From an uncultured Sporolactobacillaceae bacterium (GTDB taxonomy: Bacteria > Bacillota > Bacilli > Bacillales > Sporolactobacillaceae): DNA of 32,000 nt. Below the pieces are notes generated by a model. It was not told the DNA's origin. It made no database searches and saw only the letters and a list, made by a program, of their open reading frames with translations. Position numbers and translations under genes: made by a program. Below, in pieces: positions 7,757 to 16,225 of this stretch. Position 1 is the first letter of the stretch, and each line of letters begins with the position of its first letter. The stretch covers positions 39,086 through 71,085 of the forward strand of contig CAVYYW010000027.1 of the NCBI GenBank assembly GCA_963772845.1. Direction: 5' to 3'.

Positions 7757-8299
7757 TTGGTCTTCCTCCAGTGCCTGTCGGAGCTGACATGTGCGGCTTC
7801 GCTTTTCTTCTAATCCAGTGTGACTGGTTTGGTTTTTCTTTGGGCGTTTTCTTCCTCTTAGTTCGAGAACGCCATGCTGAAAGGAGGCGCGGATCTCTTC
7901 AGAAGAAACCATATATGGAAGCGTAACCGTTCTTTCAGCCTGGTGAAAGCGGCGTTCTTTATGGAAGTAATGCTGCTGGTCATTTTCAACCGTATGTTCT
8001 TGGTGGTCGGTTACTGAAATATGGACTTTGTCTCCAAAAGCTTCAACCTGGATCCGATCTCGATCAACGCCGGGAAGCTCGGCCTGAATGACCCACTCTC
8101 TGGCCGTTTCGTACATATCAATAGGAATTGAACGATTAAAGGGATACGTTTTTTGGAAAAAATTGTCCATAGAATGAAGCAGCGAAGATTTGCCGTTTCC
8201 CTTAAAGAAGCCGTTCATCTGCTCCATAATATCGTGCCCAAGAGGGAAAAAAGTTTCTTTGTTATCCGATGGTTTTTCCTTGTTGTCAGCCATCGTCAT
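7718..8299 (-). CDS. Hsp20/alpha-crystallin family protein (CotM/CotP-like). The last ~31 codons of the annotated ORF read into a repeat module, and the true stop is possibly TAG at 7810-7812.
   Basis: An alpha-crystallin-like core is present (PIDMYETAREWVIQAELPGV...GVLELR). RBS AAGGAGG lies upstream of the ATG at 8299. The C-terminal tail 7718-7812 is encoded by the shared module GTGCCTGTCGGAGCTGACATGTGCGG. Confidence 0.8.
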   Translation of the reverse strand: MTMADNKEKPSDNKETFFPLGHDIMEQMNGFFKGNGKSSLLHSMDNFFQKTYPFNRSIPIDMYETAREWVIQAELPGVDRDRIQVEAFGDKVHISVTDHQEHTVENDQQHYFHKERRFHQAERTVTLPYMVSSEEIRASFQHGVLELRGRKRPKKNQTSHTGLEEKRSRTCQLRQALEEDQKNGSFIFEGLSK

Positions 8300-8430
8300 T
8301 CCTCCTTAATAGAAATAGTCATTTTTATCATATGAGAGAGAATGAAAATGGTCTGGGCGCTTTTCGGAAAAATTGGGAGGGAAAGTGTTTTCAGAGTTGG
8401 TGGCAATTATCCTTAAGACAACGACCTCAT

Positions 8431-8464
8431 AGAAAAAAGGCTGCCGAGATCGCTCGACAGCCTT
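8431..8464 (-). terminator. Rho-independent terminator of the yeeE-like gene
   Basis: On the minus strand, AAGGCTGTCGAG..CTCGGCAGCCTT is followed by T6. Confidence 0.8.
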
Positions 8465-8484
8465 GCATGCTTTATAGTGTAGAC

Positions 8485-9741
8485 TTAGCAAAAATCATCG
8501 GAGGATTTTGGCACTGACATGCCGAAGAGTGGACGCAAATACAAGGACACATAAGTGCCGAGTAGTCCAAAAATCATCCACACATAGCCATGAAGACTGA
8601 AAGAAGCAATGCCGCCAAAGTAGGCACCGATGTTACAGCCAAAGGCTATTCTTGAGCCATACCCCATCAGAATACCGCCGATAATCGCAGCCAAGAGGCG
8701 GCGCATCGGAATTTTTTTCAGAAGGAAGACGCCTCCAAGCGTTGATGCGGCAAACGCACCGATTATAACGCCAAAATCAAGATTGGTCGTGGTATCAACA
8801 AAAATTGATTGGTGCAGGGACTGAGCATTCGCTCCTGACCAATATCCCCAGGATGCGACGTTAATGCCTGCTGCACTTGCAACCTTTGATCCCCAAAGGG
8901 CAAAAGCAGATGTGATGCCCCATGGTGCGTTTCGAGTCATCAGCACAATGGCATTCAGCACAGCGAGAACAACAGCGGCTGTGAAAATTGGCCATGAGCC
9001 GCGCAGCACTCGTGCCCAGCCTGAAGTAGTAGGGACCATTGCTCTTTTAGGCGGGCGCTTTTTCTTTTCAACAGCAAGAGTGATCCAGGTGATGGCTCCA
9101 AATATGATCATTTGAAGCACCCAGCCGCCAAACCAGCCAAGTCCTGTGCTTTGTGCTAAAGAAATTGGCCCGAAGTGGGGCATATCCTGTGTCCAAAAGT
9201 TAAAATGCCAAGCGCCTAATACGGATCCGACAATAAAAGCGAGCAGGGTAATAAACATTTCTGATCTCCCGCCACCTACGGCATAAAGGGTACCTGATGC
9301 ACACCCGCCGCCAAGCTGCATGCCGATTCCGAACAGGAAGGAGCCAACAACAACGCTGGTCCCGACCGGTGACACATAGCCTTGAGGATGGCCGCCAAAG
9401 AAGCTAAAGCCTGTAGATAAAATGATGGCAAACAGCGTACTGGCAACGGCCAGCATCAGCATATGAGAACGAATTGCCTGACCATTCCCAACTGACATCA
9501 TCTGCCTGAATGCTGATGTAAAACCGAATCTCGCGTGAAACAGAGTAAAGCCGAGGGCTAAACCAAGCCAAAGCAGGAGTCCCTGTTTGAAACCGCCGAT
9601 GGAAATACTGACAATACTTAATATGATGCCGATAATTATTGCAATAACAACAAGGATTTTCTGTGGAGCTCCCAGTTTGTTAGAGTCTGCAGCAGAAGCT
9701 GATTTATGTTCAGATGCAGTGTTTGAAGAAGACATGTTCAT
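8485..9741 (-). CDS. YeeE/YedE family membrane protein (putative thiosulfate/sulfur-compound transporter)
   Basis: The protein is 418 aa and multi-pass, with the duplicated Cys-containing motifs GGGCASG and FGCNIG typical of YeeE/YedE. AAGGAGG lies upstream of the ATG at 9741. Confidence 0.85.
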   Translation of the reverse strand: MNMSSSNTASEHKSASAADSNKLGAPQKILVVIAIIIGIILSIVSISIGGFKQGLLLWLGLALGFTLFHARFGFTSAFRQMMSVGNGQAIRSHMLMLAVASTLFAIILSTGFSFFGGHPQGYVSPVGTSVVVGSFLFGIGMQLGGGCASGTLYAVGGGRSEMFITLLAFIVGSVLGAWHFNFWTQDMPHFGPISLAQSTGLGWFGGWVLQMIIFGAITWITLAVEKKKRPPKRAMVPTTSGWARVLRGSWPIFTAAVVLAVLNAIVLMTRNAPWGITSAFALWGSKVASAAGINVASWGYWSGANAQSLHQSIFVDTTTNLDFGVIIGAFAASTLGGVFLLKKIPMRRLLAAIIGGILMGYGSRIAFGCNIGAYFGGIASFSLHGYVWMIFGLLGTYVSLYLRPLFGMSVPKSSDDFC

Positions 9742-9836
9742 CTTTCATCCTCCTTATTCAGATAAGATTTGTTGGAATTAAACTCTTCTTATCCTACAAC
9801 AGGATGGATTAATTTTAAAACATTTTGCTTATGCCA

Positions 9837-10457
9837 TTAATAAGCGATGCCGACCCGTTTAAAATGGTAGCTTTCATCTGAAAGCTGGCGGTAAACAAAG
9901 TCTGCAGCATCGCAGACACTAATCTGCTCTCCATGCATGGGAAGATAGTTCGCCTCAACACGGTAACGGCCTTCTGGTTCACCATCCGGAAGGTAGGTAG
10001 GGCAAACCACCGTCCAGTCCAACTCACTGTTTTTAAGCAGTTCAAACGATTTTCGATGTTCTTCTGCTGCTCTTGTCAGCCTTCTTTTTGACTCATCTGT
10101 TTGAAAACGGTATTTCGTCTCATCCTGTCTGCTTGTCAAAATGCCGGCTGTCCCGACACTGATTATACGTGAAATGCCTTCGTGCCTCATTGAACGTATG
10201 ATATTCGGCATGGCCAGTGATAGCGTTTCCCCGCCATCCGTACTGAGTGCACTGATCACTGCATCGTGCCCAGGCATGACCTCATCAAGATCCGATTGGT
10301 TAAGGACATCCCCTTTAAAGAGGGTTAAAGAGCCGGATTCAATGGAAAGCTTATCAGGATTTCTTACAAAAGCAGTAACCTGATAGCCATCCTTAAGCGC
10401 CCGTCTGGTGATTTCGCTTCCCACACGGCCAGAAGCTCCAAGAATAAGCAGTTTCAT
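9837..10457 (-). CDS. NAD(P)H-binding protein (atypical SDR / flavin-reductase-like)
   Basis: The N-terminus is MKLLILGASGRVGSEI (Rossmann fold). The protein is 206 aa. Confidence 0.8.
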   Translation of the reverse strand: MKLLILGASGRVGSEITRRALKDGYQVTAFVRNPDKLSIESGSLTLFKGDVLNQSDLDEVMPGHDAVISALSTDGGETLSLAMPNIIRSMRHEGISRIISVGTAGILTSRQDETKYRFQTDESKRRLTRAAEEHRKSFELLKNSELDWTVVCPTYLPDGEPEGRYRVEANYLPMHGEQISVCDAADFVYRQLSDESYHFKRVGIAY

Positions 10458-10623
10458 AAATAGCCTCCTTACAACATCATGATTCTACAAGTGATCATTC
10501 AAGAATATCTTTAGTTTAACATCAAATTTTTTTAAGGGTAAAACCCATTTTTAGTTTTTAAAAATAAAAAATGGGGAATTAAGAACTATATCTCAGTAGT
10601 CAAATTGAGAAGGAGAGAAAAAC

Positions 10624-10974
10624 ATGGCTAAAACAGTAGCAAAAGTATTAGGTATTATTTTTATTATCTTAGGAATCGTTGGCTTTTTTATTCAATTCGA
10701 TAATTTTTTCTCGCTTACGGTAACACACGATATCGTGCATTTGGTATCAGGTATTATTCTTCTCGCTGCAAGCGGATCAGAAGCAACAGCAGCTCTCTGG
10801 TCAAAAATCGTCGGTATTATCTATGCGGTCGTTTTCATCATTGGGTTGTTCACAAACCACATTGCCGGCATCAACCTGCTTCCGGCTGATGATGTGCTTC
10901 ACTTAATTATTGTGGCAGTGCTTTTATATGCGGGCTTCCGTTCAGGAGCTTCTACCGCATCAAGAGCTGCGTAA
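10624..10974 (+). CDS. Small membrane protein, DUF4383-like
   Basis: The protein is 116 aa with 4 hydrophobic segments. RBS GAAGGAGAG lies upstream. Confidence 0.65.
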   Translation: MAKTVAKVLGIIFIILGIVGFFIQFDNFFSLTVTHDIVHLVSGIILLAASGSEATAALWSKIVGIIYAVVFIIGLFTNHIAGINLLPADDVLHLIIVAVLLYAGFRSGASTASRAA

Positions 10975-10989
10975 TTAAGCTTTACCGCA

Positions 10990-11047
10990 AAATAAAGACC
11001 GGATCTCTCCGCTGCTATGCAGTGAACTGAACCGGTCGTTTATTTTG
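10990..11047 (+). terminator. Probable terminator
   Basis: AAATAAAGACCGG pairs with CCGGTCGTTTATTT (one bulge) and is followed by T-rich sequence. The loop is long. Confidence 0.5.
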
Positions 11048-11090
11048 TTTAAAAAAGAAGATTGTTTTAATAGAACGAATATTTTATCTT

Positions 11091-11119
11091 TTGCTCCTTA
11101 AGGACAACCCATGTATAAT
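11091..11119 (+). promoter_or_regulatory. Sigma-A-type promoter for the L-box leader
   Basis: TTGCTC - 17 nt - TATAAT, with an extended TG (TGTATAAT). Confidence 0.65.
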
Positions 11120-11164
11120 AACTGAATAGCAATCAACTGCATAGCAAATCCTCATCAAACCAAC

Positions 11165-11406
11165 AGATGGGGTAGAGGTCGCGGTTTTTAATAGTAGGGC
11201 GCTGAGACGATGGATGTCTTTGAAGCTGCCTGAAAGGATCAACCGCCGAAGTCTGGACAGGTATCCACACCTGACAGGCTGGGGCTGTTCCCAAACAGGG
11301 GCAGAACTGTCACATGGAGTATTTTTTCCATGTGTTGAGCTATCGATGGAAGGTCTGGATGGGGCTTTTTTCTGCCATCGTGTCGAGCATTCGCGATGGT
11401 TTTTTT
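11165..11406 (+). promoter_or_regulatory. Lysine riboswitch (L-box) with a terminator expression platform
   Basis: Conserved L-box blocks appear in order: AGAGGTCGCG, AGTAGGGC, GAGACGATGGAT, CTGAAAGG, CGCCGAAG, GCTGG, ACTGTCA. These are followed by a terminator stem CCATCGTG (11375-11382) / CGCGATGG (11392-11399) plus T7. An alternative pairing partner ATCGATGG sits at 11342-11349. Confidence 0.85.
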
Positions 11407-11452
11407 AATTCCCTTTTTACCTTCCATAAGTCGAATCGAAAGGAAGAGATTT

Positions 11453-12916
11453 ATGGATCAGCAGCAAAGAACAGACAGCAGTGCAGCAACAGGGACTTCT
11501 TTAAAAAGAGGGCTTAAATCACGGCATATGACGATGATCGCTTTAGGAGGCGCTATTGGCACAGGGTTATTCCTTGCAAGCGGCACCGCGATTCACTCAG
11601 CAGGACCAGGAGGCGCTTTGCTCGCCTATGGGATTATTGGCATCATGGTGTTTTTCTTAATGACAAGTCTTGGAGAACTGGCTTCTTATATGCCAACAAG
11701 CGGTTCGTTCAGTACGTACGCAACCCGGTTCATTGACCCGGCGTTAGGATTCGCTCTTGGCTGGAATTACTGGTACAACTGGGCCATCACGCTTGCAGCA
11801 GAGCTTTCTGCAGCAACGCTTGTGATGAAGTTTTGGTTCCCGCATACACCTTCTATATTATGGAGCGGAATATTTCTTCTGCTTATCTTTGGACTCAATG
11901 TATTATCTGTAAAAGGATACGGCGAGTCAGAATATTGGTTCGCTATAATTAAAGTCGCTACCGTCATCATTTTCATTATTGTTGGCTTGCTGATGCTTAT
12001 TGGCATCCTGCATGGCGAGACGAGAGGCTTCGGCAACTTTACCAGAGGCGATGCCCCTTTTCATGGCGGTCTTTTAGCGGCCTTTGGTGTTTTCCTGGCT
12101 GCGGGCTTTTCTTTTCAAGGAACAGAATTGCTAGGAGTCAGTGCCGGTGAAAGCGAGGACCCTGCTAAAAATGTTCCAAAAGCGGTACGCAGTATATTCT
12201 GGAGGATTCTATTATTCTATATTTTTGCCATTCTAATTATCGGATTAATTATTCCTTATACAAGCCCAAACCTTGCAAGCGATAATGTGCTGGTCAGCCC
12301 CTTCACTCTTGTTTTCAAGCATGCGGGTCTCGCCATTGCTGCTTCCGTGATGAACGCAGTCATTTTAACTGCCGTCTTATCCGCGGGCAATTCGGGATTA
12401 TACGCATCCACAAGAATGCTGTATGCTCTGGCGCGGGAAGGAAAGGCTCCGAAGTTTCTAGGGTTTGTTAATCAGCGCGGAATTCCAATCTATGCTTTGC
12501 TGATTACCACAGCAGTGGGGATGCTTGCGTTCTTAGCATCACTATTCGGGGATGGGGCCGTCTACATTTGGCTTCTAAATGCCTCAGGGATGTCCGGATT
12601 CATTGCATGGCTCGGGATTGCGGTCAGCCATTACCGCTTTAGAAAAGCTTATCTTCATCAGGGGCATGATCTGAAAAATCTTCCGTATCGTGCAAAATGG
12701 TTTCCGTTCGGACCGATTTTTGCTTTTCTGGTTTGTTTAGTTGTCGTTATTGGACAGAACTACCAGGCGTTTATGACAGGAGCGATCGACTGGAAAGGGA
12801 TTGTGGTTTCATATATTGGGCTCCCGCTGTTTTTAATCGTGTGGTTCAGTTATAAGTGGTCTAAAAAAACAAAACTGCTGTCCCTTGATCAATGTGATGT
12901 CACACCCCATGAATAA
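11453..12916 (+). CDS. lysP: Amino acid permease of the APC family, LysP-type lysine permease
   Basis: Strong similarity along the whole length to E. coli LysP as I recall it (LKSRHMTMIALGGAIGTGLF, SFQGTEL, NAVILTAVLSAGNSGLYASTRMLY, SHYRFR). The start at ATG 11453 follows AAGGAAG. It sits behind an L-box. Confidence 0.85.
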   Translation: MDQQQRTDSSAATGTSLKRGLKSRHMTMIALGGAIGTGLFLASGTAIHSAGPGGALLAYGIIGIMVFFLMTSLGELASYMPTSGSFSTYATRFIDPALGFALGWNYWYNWAITLAAELSAATLVMKFWFPHTPSILWSGIFLLLIFGLNVLSVKGYGESEYWFAIIKVATVIIFIIVGLLMLIGILHGETRGFGNFTRGDAPFHGGLLAAFGVFLAAGFSFQGTELLGVSAGESEDPAKNVPKAVRSIFWRILLFYIFAILIIGLIIPYTSPNLASDNVLVSPFTLVFKHAGLAIAASVMNAVILTAVLSAGNSGLYASTRMLYALAREGKAPKFLGFVNQRGIPIYALLITTAVGMLAFLASLFGDGAVYIWLLNASGMSGFIAWLGIAVSHYRFRKAYLHQGHDLKNLPYRAKWFPFGPIFAFLVCLVVVIGQNYQAFMTGAIDWKGIVVSYIGLPLFLIVWFSYKWSKKTKLLSLDQCDVTPHE

Positions 12917-12943
12917 GTAATTATTAAGATAAACGATAAGTGA

Positions 12944-12972
12944 TAGACAATCGCATCAAGGGTTATTATAAT
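12944..12972 (+). promoter_or_regulatory. Sigma-A-type promoter for the second permease
   Basis: TAGACA - 17 nt - TATAAT. Confidence 0.55.
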
Positions 12973-13061
12973 TTAAATAGTCAATTTTCAAAAAACTCTT
13001 ATCTTCCTTTATCTGGAATTTAAGAAGGCAACCGGAATAATAGAATGTTTCTAAACGAGGA

Positions 13062-14537
13062 GTGAGAGATGTGAAACCGGAAAAAGGAGCAACAGTAACA
13101 GATCCAAACGGATTGCAAAGGGGTCTGAAAGCACGGCATCTAACAATGATATCACTTGGAGGCGCAATCGGGACCGGTCTGTTTCTTGGGAGCGGCGCAG
13201 CCATTCATACGGCTGGTCCAGGCGGAGCGCTTACCGCATATATCATTATCGGCATCATGGTGTACTTCATTATGACGAGCTTGGGGGAGCTTGCTTCATT
13301 TATGCCTGTCAGCGGCTCCTTCAGTACGTATGCCACCCGTTTTATTGATCCGGCACTTGGCTTCGCATTAGGCTGGAATTATTGGTACAGCTGGGCAATT
13401 ACGCTTGCAGCTGAATTATCTGCATCAACGCTTGTCATGAAATTTTGGTTTCCTGACACACCCTCTCTTTTATGGAGCGGACTCTTTCTGCTAATCATAT
13501 TTCTTTTGAATTATTTATCCGTAAAAGGTTATGGAGAAGGGGAATACTGGTTTTCCTTTATCAAGGTAGCCACGATTATCATCTTTATTATCGTTGGTAT
13601 CTTAATGATTATCGGTGTGTTTAATGGAAAAGCGATAGGATTTCAGAATTTGACCGTTAAAAATGCTCCGTTTAGCGGAGGGTTTCTTGCTACTCTCAGT
13701 ATCTTCTTGGCTGCAGGCTTCTCTTTTCAAGGAACTGAAATTGTTGGGGTTGCCGCAGGAGAAAGTGAAAATCCAAGAAAAACGGTTCCAAAAGCAGTCC
13801 GAACCATCTTTTGGCGTATTCTGCTCTTTTATGTTCTCGCCATTCTTGTCATTGGCCTGATCATTCCTTACACAAACAGTTCACTGGAAAGCGACAGCAT
13901 ACTCGTGAGTCCGTTTACCTTGGTCTTTAAAAAGGCAGGTCTTGCATTTGCAGCCTCAGTCATGAACGCCGTTATCTTAACAGCGGTGCTGTCTGCCGGT
14001 AATTCAAGTCTCTATGCTTCAACCAGAATGCTCTATGCAATGGCGAAAGACGGCCAGGCTCCTAAATTTCTTGCAAAACTTAATAAACGCGGCATACCGA
14101 TCGGAGCACTCCTTATAACAACATTTGTAGGAATGTTAGCCTTCCTGGCTTCCATCTTCGGCGACGGTGCGATTTATATCTGGTTATTAAATGCTTCAGG
14201 AGTCACAGGGTTTATTTTCTGGCTCGGTATTGCAATGAGCCATTATCGGTTCAGAAAAGCCTTCGTCGCTCAAGGGCGTTCGCTGGATGAACTGCCATAC
14301 AAAGCAAAATGGTATCCGTTCGGACCGATTTTCGCGATCGTGGTTTGTCTTATAGTCATCCTTGCACAGGATTATCAAGCCTTTTTAAACAGCCATATCG
14401 ACTGGATGAGTCTTGCTGTCGCTTATTTAGGCATTCCGCTGTTCCTTGTTATGTGGCTTGGTTATAAATTTATTAAAAAGACAAAAGTCGTTCCGCTTCA
14501 AGAATGTGAACTTGATGCTGAAGAATATAACGACTGA
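13062..14537 (+). CDS. Amino acid permease, LysP-type paralog
   Basis: It is roughly three-quarters identical by eye to 11453-12916. GTG at 13071 has better spacing to GAGGAG than GTG at 13062. Confidence 0.85.
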   Translation: MRDVKPEKGATVTDPNGLQRGLKARHLTMISLGGAIGTGLFLGSGAAIHTAGPGGALTAYIIIGIMVYFIMTSLGELASFMPVSGSFSTYATRFIDPALGFALGWNYWYSWAITLAAELSASTLVMKFWFPDTPSLLWSGLFLLIIFLLNYLSVKGYGEGEYWFSFIKVATIIIFIIVGILMIIGVFNGKAIGFQNLTVKNAPFSGGFLATLSIFLAAGFSFQGTEIVGVAAGESENPRKTVPKAVRTIFWRILLFYVLAILVIGLIIPYTNSSLESDSILVSPFTLVFKKAGLAFAASVMNAVILTAVLSAGNSSLYASTRMLYAMAKDGQAPKFLAKLNKRGIPIGALLITTFVGMLAFLASIFGDGAIYIWLLNASGVTGFIFWLGIAMSHYRFRKAFVAQGRSLDELPYKAKWYPFGPIFAIVVCLIVILAQDYQAFLNSHIDWMSLAVAYLGIPLFLVMWLGYKFIKKTKVVPLQECELDAEEYND

Positions 14538-14548
14538 TCTTAGGAGAG

Positions 14549-14584
14549 AGGTGCCAAACCCTTTGGGGCGAGGCACCTTTCTTA
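14549..14584 (+). terminator. Rho-independent terminator
   Basis: AGGTGCC..GGCACCT followed by TTTCTT. Confidence 0.75.
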
Positions 14585-14628
14585 AGTTATAACGGACAAA
14601 CAGATATAATAATGAGTAAGGATTTATA

Positions 14629-15546
14629 ATGAAAGTCTTTGAAGAAGAGGAGCGGATGTTCATCATGGCACAGCAAAAGATTATCGGTTTCGCAGGCACA
14701 GGTGTGATGGGTCAGGGAATGGTCAGGAATCTGCTTGGAGCAGGTTACCGGGTCAATGTTTTTAATCGCACAAAACAAAAGGCTCTGCCATTAATTGAAG
14801 AAGGCGCTTCATGGTTTGATACGGTAAAAGGCCTTGCTTCACATTCGGATATTATCATCACTATGCTTGGTTATCCTGAGGATGTGGAATCCGTTTATTT
14901 TGATAACGGGGTTCTTGACCATGCGAAAGAAGGCACGGTTTTAATCGATATGACCACATCTTCGCCACAATTAGCCGCAAAAATTAGTAAACACGCAAAG
15001 GAAAAAGGTCTTGCCGCTCTGGATGCACCCGTGTCGGGAGGCGATATCGGGGCTAAAAACGGTACGCTCTCTATCATGGCAGGCGGAGACGAAACGATTT
15101 TTGAAGACGTGCTTCCCGTCCTTGAAACAATGGGGAAAGAAGTGGTTTATCAGGGCAAGGCAGGCTCTGGCCAGCATACGAAAATGTGTAACCAGATCAC
15201 AATTGCATCGAATATGATGGGAGTCTGTGAATCTCTGTTGTATGCCAAAAAAGCGGGCCTTGATGAGAAAACGGTGCTGAGAAGCATTACAGGCGGCGCA
15301 GCTGGAAGCTGGTCATTAACAAATCTGGCACCAAGAATTCTGGATGAGGATTTTGCTCCCGGGTTCTATGTAAAGCATTTCATCAAAGACATGAAAATCG
15401 CTTTTGAGTCAGCAAAGGAAATGGGGATGAAGGCTCCCGGGCTCGAACTAAGCCTCTCGCTTTATGAAGAGCTTGCTGAAATGGGCCAGGAAAACGCAGG
15501 CACGCAAGCGCTTTATGAACTTTACGAAAAGAAAATGCAAAGCTGA
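14629..15546 (+). CDS. NAD(P)-dependent beta-hydroxyacid dehydrogenase family (3-hydroxyisobutyrate dehydrogenase-like)
   Basis: GFAGTGVMGQGMVRNL Rossmann motif and DAPVSGG are present. The true start is probably ATG 14656 or 14665. Confidence 0.85.
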   Translation: MKVFEEEERMFIMAQQKIIGFAGTGVMGQGMVRNLLGAGYRVNVFNRTKQKALPLIEEGASWFDTVKGLASHSDIIITMLGYPEDVESVYFDNGVLDHAKEGTVLIDMTTSSPQLAAKISKHAKEKGLAALDAPVSGGDIGAKNGTLSIMAGGDETIFEDVLPVLETMGKEVVYQGKAGSGQHTKMCNQITIASNMMGVCESLLYAKKAGLDEKTVLRSITGGAAGSWSLTNLAPRILDEDFAPGFYVKHFIKDMKIAFESAKEMGMKAPGLELSLSLYEELAEMGQENAGTQALYELYEKKMQS

Positions 15547-15563
15547 TTTTTGGCAAGAAACAG

Positions 15564-15592
15564 GCTGTCGAGACATCTCGACAGCTTGTTTT
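15564..15592 (+). terminator. Rho-independent terminator
   Basis: GCTGTCGAG..CTCGACAGC followed by TTGTTTT. Confidence 0.8.
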
Positions 15593-15700
15593 GCTCTATA
15601 AAATTTTAAGTAGTCCCTGCGGGGTGTTCTTGGAACGCTGATGAGGCCACTGAAAGAGACCACCTTTTTTGATGTGTTTGTTGATTTCCGCTCTAGACTG

Positions 15701-15952
15701 CTCGCTTTCCACGGGCACGGCCTCAGCTAACTTTGGCGTGGGCTCTTTGTGCCAAAGTGGATCTTCGAGCGCGTGCTGCTTCCGTAGGACTTGAAACAGC
15801 CTCCTTGAATCCACACCGCACGAAGAAAATGCGTTTGCTTTAGATTGAAAGCTGAAATACCCTCGCTTTCCACGGGCACGGCCTCAGCTAACTTTGGCGT
15901 GGTCTCCTTGTTTGCCAAAGTGGATCTTCGGACGCGTGCTGTTTCCGTAGGA
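15701..15952. repeat. Two direct copies (161-bp period) of a ~90-nt imperfectly palindromic module
   Basis: Copies are at 15701-15789 and 15862-15952 (CTCGCTTTCCACGGGCACGGCCTCAGCTAACTTTGGC..GCCAAAGTGGATCTTCG..CGTGCTG.TTCCGTAGGA). An inverted copy is at 26242-26332. The central hairpin is CTTTGGC/GCCAAAG. Confidence 0.9.
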
Positions 15953-16225
15953 GTCTCGGGTATTTCTAGCTTTCAATCTGCATGCGCATTTCGAGGAGTC
16001 ATGGATATTTCTGGCTTTCAATTGTAGGCATGCATATTTTCGAGGAGTTTCGGGTATTTCTGGCTTTCTCTAGGCATGCGCATTTTCGAGGAGTCTCGGG
16101 TATTTGCTTTCAAAGCATGCAATTTTCGAGCGCATTGCTGCATTTTCGAGGAGTCTCGGGTATTTCTAGCTTTCAACTCAGGGCATGCGTATTTTCGAGG
16201 AGTCTCGCGTCTTCCGCTTCAATCA
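15951..16225. repeat. Tandem array of 6 units with 45-60 bp period
   Basis: The unit is GAGTCTCGGGTATTTCTAGCTTTCAA..GCATGC..ATTTTCGAG. Unit starts are 15951, 15996, 16045, 16091, 16151 and 16200. Confidence 0.9.

Larger units (their letters stand above)
6258..7812. repeat. Repeat island A, a mosaic of shared modules between the convergent SDR and hsp20 genes
   Basis: It contains a 52-bp array, a 77-bp array and a 108-bp perfect direct repeat. Its modules recur at 24220-24763 and 26390-26641. No plausible CDS is present. Confidence 0.9.

Noticed and set aside
6223-7813. ORFs in the six-frame track inside island A (6223-6411, 6504-6764, 6518-6799, 7039-7221, 7237-7425, 7314-7502, 7391-7687, 7468-7680, 7550-7813)
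   Set aside because: They overlap each other on both strands and lack RBSs. They are generated by repeat units whose period is not a multiple of 3, and two are literally the same sequence shifted by one 77-bp unit. They are most likely non-coding.
8485-9741. YeeE/YedE transporter lacking the usual adjacent small TusA/YeeD-like gene
   Set aside because: A partner gene may be encoded elsewhere. Its absence from a 32-kb window is weak evidence and is not clearly unusual for Bacillaceae.
15951-16225. Possible CRISPR array (45-60-bp period)
   Set aside because: The spacers are 10-25 nt and all contain the same GCATGC core. Inverted copies of the unit occur 500 bp away. There are no cas genes.
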